This document shows positions 1 through 11,968 of a stretch of 64,000 bases of DNA, piece by piece. The notes beneath the pieces were generated by a model. That model did not search any database. It was not told where the DNA came from and saw nothing but the letters and a program-made list of their open reading frames with translations. The position numbers and the translations under genes are program-made. Position 1 is the stretch's first letter; each line of letters opens with the position of its first letter. The stretch lies in NCBI GenBank assembly GCA_030390025.1, contig CM059432.1:71548001-71612000 (forward strand), given 5' to 3'. Origin of the DNA: Squalus acanthias (lineage: Eukaryota).

Positions 1-382
1 TACATTCATTTATGTGAAAGATGTAAAGCCATCAATACTCATGATGTTTCTCATGACAGCACTGGAACTCCTACAGGCTCAACTGCATTATCAGAGCCTC
101 AGTAACTGTTTAGGATTGCAATTTTATTGTATTTTCTATTTAATAAAGTTCATTTTTGAAATATTTTTCTTCCTTCTCCATCTCTGGTTTTTATTCAGTT
201 TAGGAGGACAGGATGAATTGAGCCTTGTCCTCTCCATTACTGATTAATGGTGGTGGGGTGGGGATTGAATAGCAGGAGGCTTGGCTAGAACAGGGTAACA
301 CTGACCATGGTTGTTTTCTCTCTGGCCAAGATGCAGTGCCTCCTTTCCACACATTATTTAATCAGATTGATCTAAATGTTTG

Positions 383-2180
383 GGCCTAGAAATTCGATAC
401 TGCTAAAAAAGGGTGCGGGCACTGCACCGCACCGCAAAATATGCCCTTGCCCATTTAAAAAGCACAGGCAGCACGTCAACTTTGTGCTGCCTACTAATTA
501 TAATGATTGCAGTGCACAGCCTAGCGCAGAATGCGTTGCTGATAGGCTGTGTGCTCAACAGGGGGCCGAAGTTCTCATTGTTCGAGCGAGGCTAGCTTTA
601 CTTAAAGGCAGTCTGCACCTCTTAAAGGTGAGCTGTCTTCTGCTGAACAAAAATGGTAAAAGTGCTTCAGCACTAACACAAATGGCTCAGCAGGCCAGGG
701 AAAGGGCCCCCAGAGTCTCGGATTCAGCACTCGAGCTTTGTGCAGAGGGTCAACATTGGAAGAGAGGCCTTCCAGAAAGAAGGATGTGGGACCAGATCGC
801 CAAGGCCATCACTGCCAGCAGTGTTGCCCTCAGGACCTGGCTCCAGTGCCCAATGAAGTTTCATGACCTCAGATGGGTGGTCAGGTTCAATAAATGCATC
901 TTCAAAGGCCGCCTCCTACCAACTGCACCATTAGCCTCACACACTGCTCAATGCACAACTCCCCCCATCACTCACCTAGCAACAATCTCTACCAAACACT
1001 AGGCATACCTCACATTCCTAGCTTCACCTCACCACCTTGGCGGAGGCGGTGCTGGCCATTCTTGGCAGGGGCATGGCTGAGCCCTTGGCCAGCGGCGAGG
1101 CTGAAAGGATACAAGATGCCTGTATCCTCATACTTCTCATATCCCACTTCCCCCTCATCCCACAATCTCTTTTGATTTACAAGGTGCATATGGTGTAAGC
1201 ATGCACCTCTTGTTTTAACCCCCTCCCCTCATCACAACCCTACCCTTGTACCTTCTTCATTTCAGACTCCCAAGAAATCCAGCCTGCCTAGCTAGTGGTT
1301 GATCAAGAAGAGGGAGAGGAGAGTGAAAAAGAATAAACACTATCACTCGATTTGACACTCCCAGCCACCAGCTCCTCCAGGTTGTCCTGCAAGGCCATCT
1401 GCCATGTCCCCCACTGAAAGTCAACAGTCTTCCACCAGCCATGCTGCAGCCACTGGGGTAGCACTACATAAGAGCACTAGGATAGGCAAAGGCACATGCA
1501 AGACACTCACTAAGGGAATGCACAAGGGTGATTAGTTGATTTCTTGATGTAATATTGGATGCATATATGGATAAAGTTGGATTGGAAAGTTTGTTTTGTG
1601 GTGGTTTTTATTGCAGCATTGTGCTCAAGAGGACGCTGTGATGGTCAGTAACAGAGGGAATGTAAGGTGTGGGACAAATGTTGAAAGGGGAATTGGGGTT
1701 GTGGTCATTGGTACACTCGGCCAGAAAGGGGCTGGCTAGGTTGCCTCCTTCCTTCTGCTTCCTCCTCTTCTGCTTTTTCCTTTTCCTCCTCCTCCTCCCT
1801 CTGTGAGCAGCTTGTCCCCTTTACTGCCTCTGTTCCAACTTATGTGTACATTGCGTGTGTCCCTTTATGAAGCGCTGGCAGTGGGCTTGTTGTACTGCTG
1901 CTTGCATGTCCTGCCATGCGTGCTTTGGAGAGGGCATTAATAAGAGCGGCAATGTCCAAAATACCAGATCGTGCATCAATTCTGCATTGCACACCAATTG
2001 ACGTCACGATCTGGCTCATCTAAATATTTCAAACAAGCTCAGGGAACGGCAGCGCTGCTGACCTGCCCAAAATGGTGGCCACCGCATTCCGCCCCGGAAG
2101 CAGGCGGAAGCGAGGTGGTCGCCATTTTTTCTTCCAAACCAGCCTTAACAGCTGCCGCAAATGGTTCCAATTTCCCAGCC
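383..2180 (+). mobile_element. Non-autonomous PIF/Harbinger derivative ('family B') with decayed Myb/SANT remnants (+) and an acidic transposase-tail remnant (-)
   Basis: Ends GGCCTAGAAATT ... AATTTCCCAGCC. ORF 376-1002 contains MAQQARERAPRVSD...WDQIAKAITA...RTWLQCPMKFHDL (trihelix/MSANTD-like). Colinear with copies at 23470-25628 and 45339-47466. No clean TSD. Confidence 0.75.
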
Positions 2181-2329
2181 ATAAAGTTTACTCCATTGAG
2201 GACGGCAGATTCAAGTGACAGGTAATTTGGGACTCGAAGAATACGCCCTGGAATTTCTCAGACCATTTACCCCAACATCCATACTGATGAGGGATATAAT
2301 AGGATATAACTGATGATGTTCATTAAAAG

Positions 2330-2615
2330 ACCATAAGGAACATAGTGAGAAGTCAGCAATGGGTCATGCTTTAAAATGCATTGCTACTGTTTATGGTATT
2401 TGATAAGTTGTCCCTATGAGACTATTAAAGAAGATTAAGGCTCACAGAATTAATAGAAAAATAGTTGGCTGTAAGACTGGTTTGGTAGATTCAAGCAGAA
2501 AGTGGTGATAAATGAATAAAACCCCATTTGCAAGGACAGCGACTTGTGGAGGCTTAAAAAGATCCCTTCTGGGATGCTGATGTTTACATCTCTTATAAAC
2601 AATATAGAAGAAGGT
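2330..2615 (+). mobile_element. Highly decayed CR1 LINE RT fragment
   Basis: Resembles the KIKAHGI / RQRVVING / QGSVLG-LF region of the better-preserved CR1 at 13940-14130. Confidence 0.5.
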
Positions 2616-3089
2616 ACTTCCACTTGTTTCTATTGTACCCTCTGTCCCTTCTCACTGAAAGCTTATCCTCCATGGAAAGGAAACTCTGGTGTTGTGAAAA
2701 ACGGGCTACCGATTAACTAATAACTTGCTTTGTGCTATTGCTGTAGACCAATTTCATCCCCAACATTTCAGTGGTTTTTAATCCAGAGGGCAGAACACTT
2801 CACGTAACAGCGATGTGTTGACCAAAAACGTATGAAAGCTGAAAGTGGATAAAACAAGTAGGGATCACCTTCAAAATGTTTGCTAACTAATATAAAACAC
2901 AGTGGCAGTCATATGCATTCAAGCTTTTTGTTCCATTGTTTATATTCCCTTTCCCATTTCATGGTAATGTATTTTATCATAAACTACATTTGTTTTAAAG
3001 GATCATTTGGTACTACTAATGATTGCAACAACAAAATGTCAATAAGGTGGTATGCATGATGTATTGTATTACATAGGGAACTGCAGGGT

Positions 3090-3363
3090 ATGTCTCTTCT
3101 CTCCCTCTGTTTTTTTATTCTCCTTACCCCTTCTCTCCCGAAACCAGTGGCTCATTCTCGGATATAACTTCCGGTAGGCCATCATAGCAGAACTAATTCC
3201 CTCCTAAACTATTCACACGCATGTACTCCCATTATGAGGTAACTGGATAAAAATCAGGAGTGGAAACTGTGTAGGTCTTTCCCCTCCCTGAGCCAAGGAG
3301 ATTGATTCCTTTTGTTACACAGACCAAAGTAGCCACAATGGCTGGGGCTGCAAACTCAGCACA
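3090..3363 (-). mobile_element. Old tRNA-type SINE fragment (AmnSINE2-like)
   Basis: Reverse complement shares motifs (TGTGCTGAGTT, GGGAGGGGAAA, CTCCTGAT) with 44225-44600 and 16270-16600. Family name is from recalled consensus, not a search. Confidence 0.45.
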
Positions 3364-4080
3364 TCAGGACATAACCTGAGATTTTCTCACCTCTTTCCCA
3401 ACCCACACATTGGGCTGGATTTTCATGGGGAAGGTGGATTGGGATGGGGGGAGCTCCAATGCGGGTGGGAAACCCAGGAGAATGGGTTTCCCGCAGGTCC
3501 TGCTGACTTTTATGGCAGGGCCTGATTTGCATCTGAACCCTCGGTTTTCCATCTGCAGCCAACCAGATGGAGAGGCGGGCTGGCTCCGGGGTGGGTGGAC
3601 GTGTGGCACTAGGCTGCATAGTGGAAGAAGGGAGGGATTGGGTGGGGGCCGGTGCTGGCCTCCAGAGGATCAGGGGAGGGGGGACAATGAAGATTGTGGA
3701 ATCCGGACGATTGGCGGGGGTGGGGGGGGAGGATAATGAAGATCGGTGCCTCCGGATGATCGAGGGGGGGGGGGCAACGATGAAGGTCGGGGCCCCTGGA
3801 GGATTGTGAGAGGGAAGAGCAGATCGGGGTCAGCCACCAAAGGATCGGGGCTGGCCTCAAGCTCATCGGTGGCGGTGGGGGTGGGGGGGAAGAGCAGATC
3901 GGGGCCAGCGTCAAGATCATCTGTGGGGCGGGGGGGGGGGGGTGGTTGGTGGTGGTCTGGGAAGATGATCGGAGGCCTCGATGGGGGGTCTCTGATTGTG
4001 GGGTGTGAGCTAGGCAGGGACCCTCGATCCAGGAGGTAGGTACAAAGGCACTTACCTCCTGGATGCAGCAGTCCTCGCCT

Positions 4081-6104
4081 TGAAGGGATAATTACTAGTC
4101 CTAGCCCCTTTAGGGCTACCCTGGATCAAGCGTATTCCTCAGATGTTCACTTTCAACTAAAGTTTGAGGTAGCCAAATCCTAAAGACACTTAATTGGGTC
4201 TAAAGGTCCGGACTATCTCACCTAAAGGAAAGGAACAACCTGAAAATGTTACCATCCTCCAGATAACACTTTTAATAAGTTTAGCTAGACTGTAACGTTC
4301 CGGATATTATGAGGGTCCGGAAAACTCCCCCAGAATTCTGCAACTCCTCACCAAAGAGCGTACAGAGATTGAGTTTGCGAGTTTGATACAGAAGTATTAT
4401 GTGAGACAATTCTAAAAATATATAGATTTATTAAAGAACCGACATGTAATTTACAGTTGGTCAGTCAATCACAACATTTACAGTTCCAAAAAGAGAAAGC
4501 TTTATAATCTTATTATCAGATATCCTATTCTCAAATCTTAACTTCGCTAAAGTTTTACAGTTCTTAGTCTTATTCAGGATATCCACCAAAATCAAATACA
4601 GTACCTTGATCCCTGAGATACAAAGGGGTAGAAATTAGGTCGCGCCCCATTTGGGGCGCAAATATCGTCTGGACGCAAATATTAGCGCCTGGCGCTAATT
4701 ATCGGCACTGACTGGAAACTTCACTTTTACCGCCCCGGGAGGTGAGTGGAGCGCTAAATCAGGCGCTGCACACCTGTCTTAAGGCGCAAAGGCCAAGGAG
4801 TGAGGCGCTACCTCAGAGCGCTGGCGAAGCTCATGTAATGTCAGTCAGCAATGGAACACACACACAATGGCACGGGCCAGTTCTTAAAGGGGATGGTTAA
4901 TCTTGCTTTCCATCCACATCCTGTTCATTGCAGCCTTGAATCTCGGCCTGGAGAGACTTGCACATCAAATGTGCTGGAAAGAACAATGGAGAGTACCAGG
5001 CAAAGAGCTCAGAGTGCAGCTCCCACAGTCTCTGCTAAATCGATACAAGGAATGGCAAATCAAAATGAACCTGCAAAGTGCTGCTCAGTACCCAAAACTC
5101 CTTCACACAATGTTGAATCTCTCCAGAAGTCTCTCCCTCTCTCTCTCAGAATGCGTAGTTCAAAAATGCCACCAACAATAAAAGACAGGAAGAGGCCCCC
5201 TTTAAATAGCGCCCCCCCCAGCCCCACAGCGATTGATAGCGTTCCAGTCTTCTGGTCGTTGGATGCGCCAGGCGGTAAGGCAGGGGGCGCCACTCAATTT
5301 CCGCTCCGGGGCGCCACAAGGGCATTGCACCATGGAATGACGTCACAATCTGCGCGCGCAGGTGGTCGCAGCGGTAAGTTTTAGCGCCGCCGCACAATGT
5401 CAACTTAAGTTCCCGAGCGGCGCAAACATCACTGCGCCCGGGCCTTAGCGGCTTTGCGCCCCATTAGCGCCCTCTTAAGGCGCTAACGGGAGGCGCAACC
5501 AACTGAATTTTTACCCCAAAGAGTTGTAGACTTACAGAGCTGCCTCTGAAGCCTGAGAATCGCTTTGCCCCTTTACAGCGAGTCTATTATCCCATTTGAG
5601 AGCTCAATATTTATACCCTTTTCCAGTGGTATCCCTTTAAGGTTTTCTGCTGATGTAAGCTAATTATCTCTAGTCATTTCTCTGCTGACTTCTGCAATTC
5701 TTAGTCACCTCAGTTGGTAGCAATACAGACTCGTGTCTCCTCTAGGTGTTCCAAGCTTACCATAAAAAACGGTGTAACAGCAGGTGCATTTTATTTGATG
5801 TCATTTTTACTAAGGCCTTCTGTTTGTGCCTCTTTACGAAGTGTGAATTAGAACACCTTGTACAGGGTGTACCATTGTCTGCTCCCAAAGATTCAGACCG
5901 TCGGGAGCCTTTAACCTTCTGTTTCAATAAGGTTATTGATTCAGTGTCAACAACTATCTTATCTCTATTGCCAGAATGCTACTACACCTTTTTCAGTTAA
6001 GTTTCCAGATTTCCAAACCCAGTTTGTCATGTTTTAATAAGGCCAGAATTCTTTCACAGAATGGTGTATTTTTCTGAATAGATTATATGGCTTATTCCTT
6101 CACA
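4081..6104 (-). mobile_element. Solo LTR (~1.13 kb after removing the nested MITE)
   Basis: TG...CA ends with short inverted repeat (TGAAGGGATAA / TTATTCCTTCA). 4-bp TSD GCCT at 4077-4080 and 6105-6108. Minus-strand TATAAA (5610-5615) lies upstream of AATAAA (4427-4432). Confidence 0.75.
4625..5517 (-). mobile_element. Young Harbinger MITE (internal-deletion derivative, 893 bp)
   Basis: TIRs GGGGTAGAAATT / AATTTTTACCCC are identical to those of 57879-62191. Flanked by AAA on both sides. Keeps the first codons of the Myb gene (MESTRQRAQ) fused to the transposase start region at 5012/5013. Confidence 0.92.
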
Positions 6105-8199
6105 GCCTTGCAGTAACTGCTGGGTTTTACGAAGTGTGTAAAACCCGACCAGATAGAGTTAAAAACAAAATGATGGTTAAAGAAGAGTCTTCCAGCCTCA
6201 TTAAAATATGTAAATTGACGTCCCGCCTCCGGGCAGCGGATTGGCTGCCCGCCCCAATCCCACCACCCCTGCCCCACCTCCGTTAAAACCGGAAATGGGT
6301 TGGTTGGAGGCAGGCTCAGGTTGGGATTCCGATTTTTAAAAATTTAACCACCCCCACGCTCCAATCCCACCTATTTTTTTTTCAGGTAAAAATTCCCCCC
6401 ATTGTGTTTACCCACTGAACCACTGCGGATAGCATTTTGGGGCTAGGTTATACAGGGGGGATCTTTCCTGCACCCAATTCAATAGTCCAGACTTCTATTC
6501 TGGCACTTCTAATCTGAAGGATTTATGGTTTAGAGCCTTGCAGAATGGAAGTGCAGATCAATGAATTGGGTGCAGCGCTTTACATGCCTGATTCATGGCA
6601 TTCCTAATTTCCTTAAAAAAATATTGAGCCCATGCTGCCACCCAGCGCACCCTTATTATATTTCCCAATACCATGCAAACAAATGGTAATAGATCCCTCC
6701 TCTCCCAATGCCGACTAACCAAAATAAAATGGGTGTATGACTGTTTCATTTGGCATCTTATAGGTGTGTTGGAGTTTCTAGAACTGGTTAAAACTTTGTT
6801 TTTATTACCTAGCTTTATCTATATTTTTTGGTGCATTATCTTGTTGTTAAAAGCTGATACTTTGCATTGCAAGATTTCATGCCCCGGCTCCTCATCGTGG
6901 GAAGATCCTATAGAAGTAAAAAGGAACATTTGTCACTAGTGTCAGGAAGGAATACTTGCTAACAAAGTTAAGAGACCATTGTGTGCCATACTGCAGTTGC
7001 ACAATGCATGCCTGTGAGTGAATGCGTGAGTGTGTGAATGAGAGAGTGTGCAATGAGTGAATGAGTAGGTGGAATAATAAGAGTGATACAGGGTGGACTT
7101 GCTGTGCTGTCGTACCAAGCTTCCAAGCTCAACTCTCCCTAACTCCTTCTGTGGCCTTCATGTCAAAGATTTGGAGGGCACTTTCTTCAAAATGGTTTCA
7201 CCCCAGTCATGAACAGCCTACTCCTGTAATCACAAATAAAATATACAGATATATACTTTGAAAGAACGGAGATTCAGCTACCACTGTGCCCAGCCAAACG
7301 TTCCATGTGCAAGTCCATTCGAATGTAGTTGCATTGTTATTTACAAGCACATTGTACAAAATTGATGTATCATCACAAGCTCATTCAGTGCCATACACAC
7401 AGTATGCGCAAAAGAGAAAACAGGCTGTCTCCGTGCCTCGCAGAAACTGTACTAGGTTAAGAGTGAAGTATTTCTGGCATGTTACGGTGCAAGACCAAAA
7501 TCCAGGTAACCTTACCTTGCCACTCTTTCAATAACAGAACAGTTCTTTTGCATTTTGGTCACATACCCTATAGATGTGGGATATTATTTTCTCCCACCTC
7601 CATCCAGGCACTTGATACAGCCACTCTCATAGCAAAGTGCCCTTCCTCTCCAAATATTTGCACCCTTCTTTGCTGCTCCTCCTGCAGTGAGATCACAAGG
7701 AATTATAATTTAAGAGGGGTGGGGTGGGGATACTTTGATTTCTGCTACTTTCCATTTTCAATCACTGCTTTCCTTTTCATTTCCCTCCTTTCCTGAGATC
7801 CCCTACCCCAGCCAGGAAATTCTGACGCTTCTGTGAGGGTTGTAAAATTGGTCTGTAGCATGAGTGTGAAAAAAATTAAAAGGTTCGTAAGAACCATGAC
7901 AATTTTTCACATATGCTAACACAAATTGCTGTCATACCCATTAACGGGTGCTTATATCTTCAGTGTTAGGCAATACAAACAAGATACCACTTCTGTTGGG
8001 GATGTGCAAGACAAGGCCCCCAGGTCAAATGTGGCCCATGAGTTCCTCTCATCTGGCCCATTTTTCTTTGTGTGCAAACCTCACTTCAACAGCTTTGGAC
8101 TTCAAGACCCTGAAATTCCATGGGGTTCCACCAGTCTCCTGCTGCAACTCCAATTACACCATTTCTCTGGGAGTTCAACTGGTCTCCTGCCAGAGTTAC

Positions 8200-9223
8200 A
8201 TGCAAGACTGAGAGGCCTTACCCACCTAGGGTCTTCTCCTATCGCCACCTAAGCCAGGAGCAGTGTATTCAGCAGCTCCGCTTCACCAAGGAGATGGTCA
8301 CAGAACTCTGCCACGTCTTGGAACCAGATCTGCAGCCTCGGAGCAGGGTGACGGCGGCACTGCCAGTTGCCCTCAAGGTCACCGTGGGCCTGAAATTTTT
8401 TCACCAGTGGATCCTTCCAGGCTGGAATAGGCGTGTAACTAACATCTCCCAGTTCGCCGTCCATTGTTGAATACGTGAGGCCACAGAGGCTCTGTAATCC
8501 AGGAGAAGGGACTTCATTGTCTTCTCTCTGAAGAGAGAGAAGCAGGAGCAGCGTGAATGTGGCTTTGCCAGGATATCGGGTTTTCTCATGGTGCAGGGCG
8601 CTATTGACTGCACACACGTGGCTTTACGGGCACCGCATATCAATGCTGAGATGTACCGTAACCGCAAAGGCTACCACTCTCTTAAAGTGCAGTTGGTTTG
8701 CGACCACGCCCAGCACATCATCATGGTGAATGCCCGGTATCCTGGCAACAGTCATGATGCCTTCATTCTGCACCAGTCCGGTGTGCCAGCAATCTTCCAG
8801 CCACCACATTGAACCCGAGGGTGGCTGTCCGGAGACAAGGGCTATCCACTCTACACCTGGCTGATGAATCCCCTCCACAAACCCACCACTCGTGGACAGC
8901 AATTATATAATGAGAGCCATGCTGCCAAGAGGAACCTCATCGAGCAGACCATTGGGGTGCTCAAGCAACGGTTCCATTGCCTTGACCACTCGGGAAGAAC
9001 TCTCCAGTACTCACAGGAGAGGGAGTCCCAATTCGTGGTAGTCTGCTGCATCCTCCACAAATTGGCCATAATGAGGGCGCAGTCCTTGCCACCACGGGTT
9101 CCGTCACCACCTCAGGAGGAGGAGGAAGAGGAAGAGGAGGAGGAGGAAGGGAGGAGGCAGGCTGCAAATTCCTGTTCCGGATGGGCTGTCTGTGAGCGCA
9201 TCATCAGTCTCTGCTTCCCCTAA
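8200..9223 (+). pseudogene. Harbinger (HARBI1-like) DDE transposase pseudogene
   Basis: Fragments [53 protein letters not shown] and a poly-E tail are split over several frames with in-frame stops. Confidence 0.9.
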
Positions 9224-9394
9224 ATGAAACCCCAGATCCCCTTTGCTCAACACTTCCCCACGTTACCATCCCTCTGTCACAGAACATCACAGGGTCCTCT
9301 TGGGCACAATGCTGAAAACAAACATTCCAAACATAATTTATAAATGATTAATTCCAATATTAAATTACAAAAGTCAACTAATTACCCTTGCGCA

Positions 9395-10790
9395 TTCCCT
9401 TAGTGTCTGTCTTTCGTGTTCCTTTGCCTATTCTAGTGCTCCTACGCAGTGCTCCCTCAGTGGCTGTAGCATGGCTGGTGGAAGGCTACTGACTTTCTGT
9501 GGGGGGAGACTGCAGATGGCCTTGCAGAACGACCTCGAGCAGCTCTGTGTCTAGAAGGCCCGGCTGTAGACTGCACCACCTCGGCATGTGTGGCAGCAGT
9601 CTGGGCTGGCTGGCTGACAGGCAACCGCAAGGGAACTGGCGGAGTGGCAGTGGTGGAAGTACGAATGCTGTCATCCTGAGAGAGGACAGCAGGTTTGTGC
9701 TCCACGGAACCCCTCCCACTCCCCTGAGGCGGCGCCTCAGCATTCCTAGCCATCTGTTGGAGGACAGATTGCTGGGCTGCTGTGAGATCCTGCAAGCCCC
9801 TTTCCACACTCGTAAACCCAGCCACGATGGCAGCAGTCTGATCTTGCACGGCAGCTGTCTGATCTTGCGTGGCAGCAAGCTGAGGCTGCATGACAGAAGT
9901 CTAAGCACTGCAGCACTCAGACGTTGGGACTCTTCCGCTTGTGCTGCAATGGAAGCTGCGACATTGCCCATCACACCCAGCATCATGGTTGGGTCCACAA
10001 GTGCCCTAATGGAGTTGCCCATTACTTTCATCCTGAAAATCATGGACTCCGCGCAATGCCCCGTGAAATGTTAGTGCTGAACTCCTCCATGCTCCTTGAC
10101 ACTGACAAGAGGCTCTCTGGCAGGCCTACCATTGCACCAAGCATTTCTGTGTGCATGCCCATCACCATACTTCTGAAGGCCACCTCATCGAAGTCCTCAT
10201 CTGAGTCTTGTGCAGCAGAACTCGCATGCGACCTCGCCCTCCGGGGAGCTGGCACCTGCGCTACCCTTTCCCCCTGCCCTGGCTGCAGCCCACTCGTGCC
10301 TGTAACTCAACATGTGCAGATCCCGCCTCTATACTACCTTCTAAAGTTTGCGCAGTGCCATTTTATGAGCTGGTCCCTGGGAGTGTCAGATCGAGTGACG
10401 GTGCCTCTTCTTCACCATCAATAAACTCCTTTACTTCTTCAGGCTGGGCTGGTGGCAGTTCTTGGGTATCTGAAAGGAGAAAGGCACAAAGGTCGGGTTG
10501 TGGTAAGGGGAGGTGGGAAAGTAAGATGTGCATGTTTACACCATCAGCAGCTTGTAAGTGAGAAGAAATTGTGGGAGGAGGGGGAAGTGAGATGTGAGAA
10601 AAAGGATTAGGTATGAACATACTGTCATCATCAATGCTTTCAGCCTTGCCGATCACCACGGCCTCAATGATGACCCCACCAATGATCTCCAGCACAGTCT
10701 CCTCCAGCTGGGTCAGGTTTGGCAGCCTTGCTTGCCCCCATCTGTTTGTTCCTGCTCGTGCCGGCTGTGAGCCACCTTGGCCTGCAAGAG
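9395..10790 (-). pseudogene. Harbinger Myb/SANT partner gene, exons 2-3, decayed; SANT exon absent
   Basis: Peptides LTQLEETVLEIIG, GMHTEMLGAM, AVLSQDDSI and AGPSRHRAARGR match the partner genes at 55691-57506 and 59845-61830. Convergent with the transposase. Confidence 0.8.
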
Positions 10791-10904
10791 AGAGGGAGTG
10801 TGTCAGTGAGTGTGGCGCAATGTGTTTGGGTGATGTAGCTGTCATGGTTGAATAGCTGGCAGTGTGTGCAAGCTGAGAGATGTGGGTGTGAAAGGTCTAT
10901 ATAC

Positions 10905-11968
10905 ACATTGTTTTCAGTAAGATAGATAAAAACACAAACAAGACAGTCACTAAGAGAATGCAAATGAGCGATGAGTTGATTTCTTGATGCCATATTGGAT
11001 GGATAGATGTATATAGGTGGATTGAAAAGTTTGCTTGTGGTGGCTTTTATTTCAGCATCATGGCCAAGAGGACGTTGTGATGGTCAGTAACAGAGGGAAG
11101 GTAAGGTGTGGGAGAAATGTTGAAAGGGGAATTGGGGTTGTGTTCATTGGTACCGCGGGCAGATGATTCCATTCAGGATATCCCAGCCAGAAAGGGGCTG
11201 TCTGGGTTGCATCCTTCCTTCTGCTTCCTCCTCTTCTGCTTCCTCCTCTTCTGCTTCCTCCTCTTCTGCTTCCTCCTTTTCGGCTTCTTCCTCTTCTGCG
11301 TCTTCCTCTTCTGCGTCTTCCTCCTCCCTCTGCGAGTGGATGCTGTAAATCTGAACTGACAGCATAAAATGCTGGAAATACTCAGCAGGTCAGGCAGCAT
11401 CTCAACCTGAGACGTGAACTCTGTTTTTCGCTCCACAGATGGTGCCTGACCTGCTGAGTATTTGCAGCATTTTCTGTTTTCTTGGAGGCCTTCCTTTACC
11501 ATCCGAGGCCTTGCAAGCATCCAGCAGCACTCCCAACACACTTAAAAAACCTGATAATATCTATTGCAGCAAGCCACTACTTCAGTAAAATCAAAAAACC
11601 CAGTCCAAAAGCTTAAATGTAAACTTACCTGAAAAATATGTGTGTCCCTTTAAGAGGTGCTGACAGCGCCTCTGTGAGTCTGCTTGCACGCTGGGTTTAC
11701 CAGGCGTGCTTAGGACCCAGCGCTGAACTCAGTGCTCGGGTGGAAATTCACCATGGTGACGTTAAGTCAGCGGTACACGCCGACCAACGTCACCACTCCG
11801 CCATTTTTCTTTGCAGGGCAATACCTCTTAACGGCAGAGCCACCGGGCCCATGAAAATGGAGGACGCTGTGGGACCCGCCACCATCTGGCAAAAGAATAG
11901 TGGCCGCCCTCTTTTCGCCATTTTTTTTGCCGGTATGGGGTGGTGTCAAGCCCCCGAAGTTTTAGCCC
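10905..11968 (+). mobile_element. 3' part of a family-B Harbinger derivative with 15-bp (EEEEA-coding) repeat and captured Penelope hairpin
   Basis: Colinear with 24700-25628. (CTTCTGCTTCCTCCT)n at ~11215-11325, hairpin at 11366-11474, ends AGTTTTAGCCC. Confidence 0.75.

Larger units (their letters stand above)
3412..6400. mobile_element. Harbinger-type MITE interrupted by a solo LTR
   Basis: Ends GGGCTGGATTTT / AAAATTCCCCCC, 3-bp TSD ATT (3409-3411, 6401-6403). G-rich core. Related copies at 26965-27690, 36130-36780, 63718-63925. Confidence 0.75.

Noticed and set aside
2745-2805. Possible small host exon (TNFIPNISVVFNPEGRTLH)
   Set aside because: Weak donor, no recognisable homology, no partner exons.
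3580-4020. Gly/Pro-rich ORFs and G-quadruplex cluster
   Set aside because: Low-complexity core of a MITE family also seen at 27340-27490 and 36380-36540; no evidence of coding or specific function.
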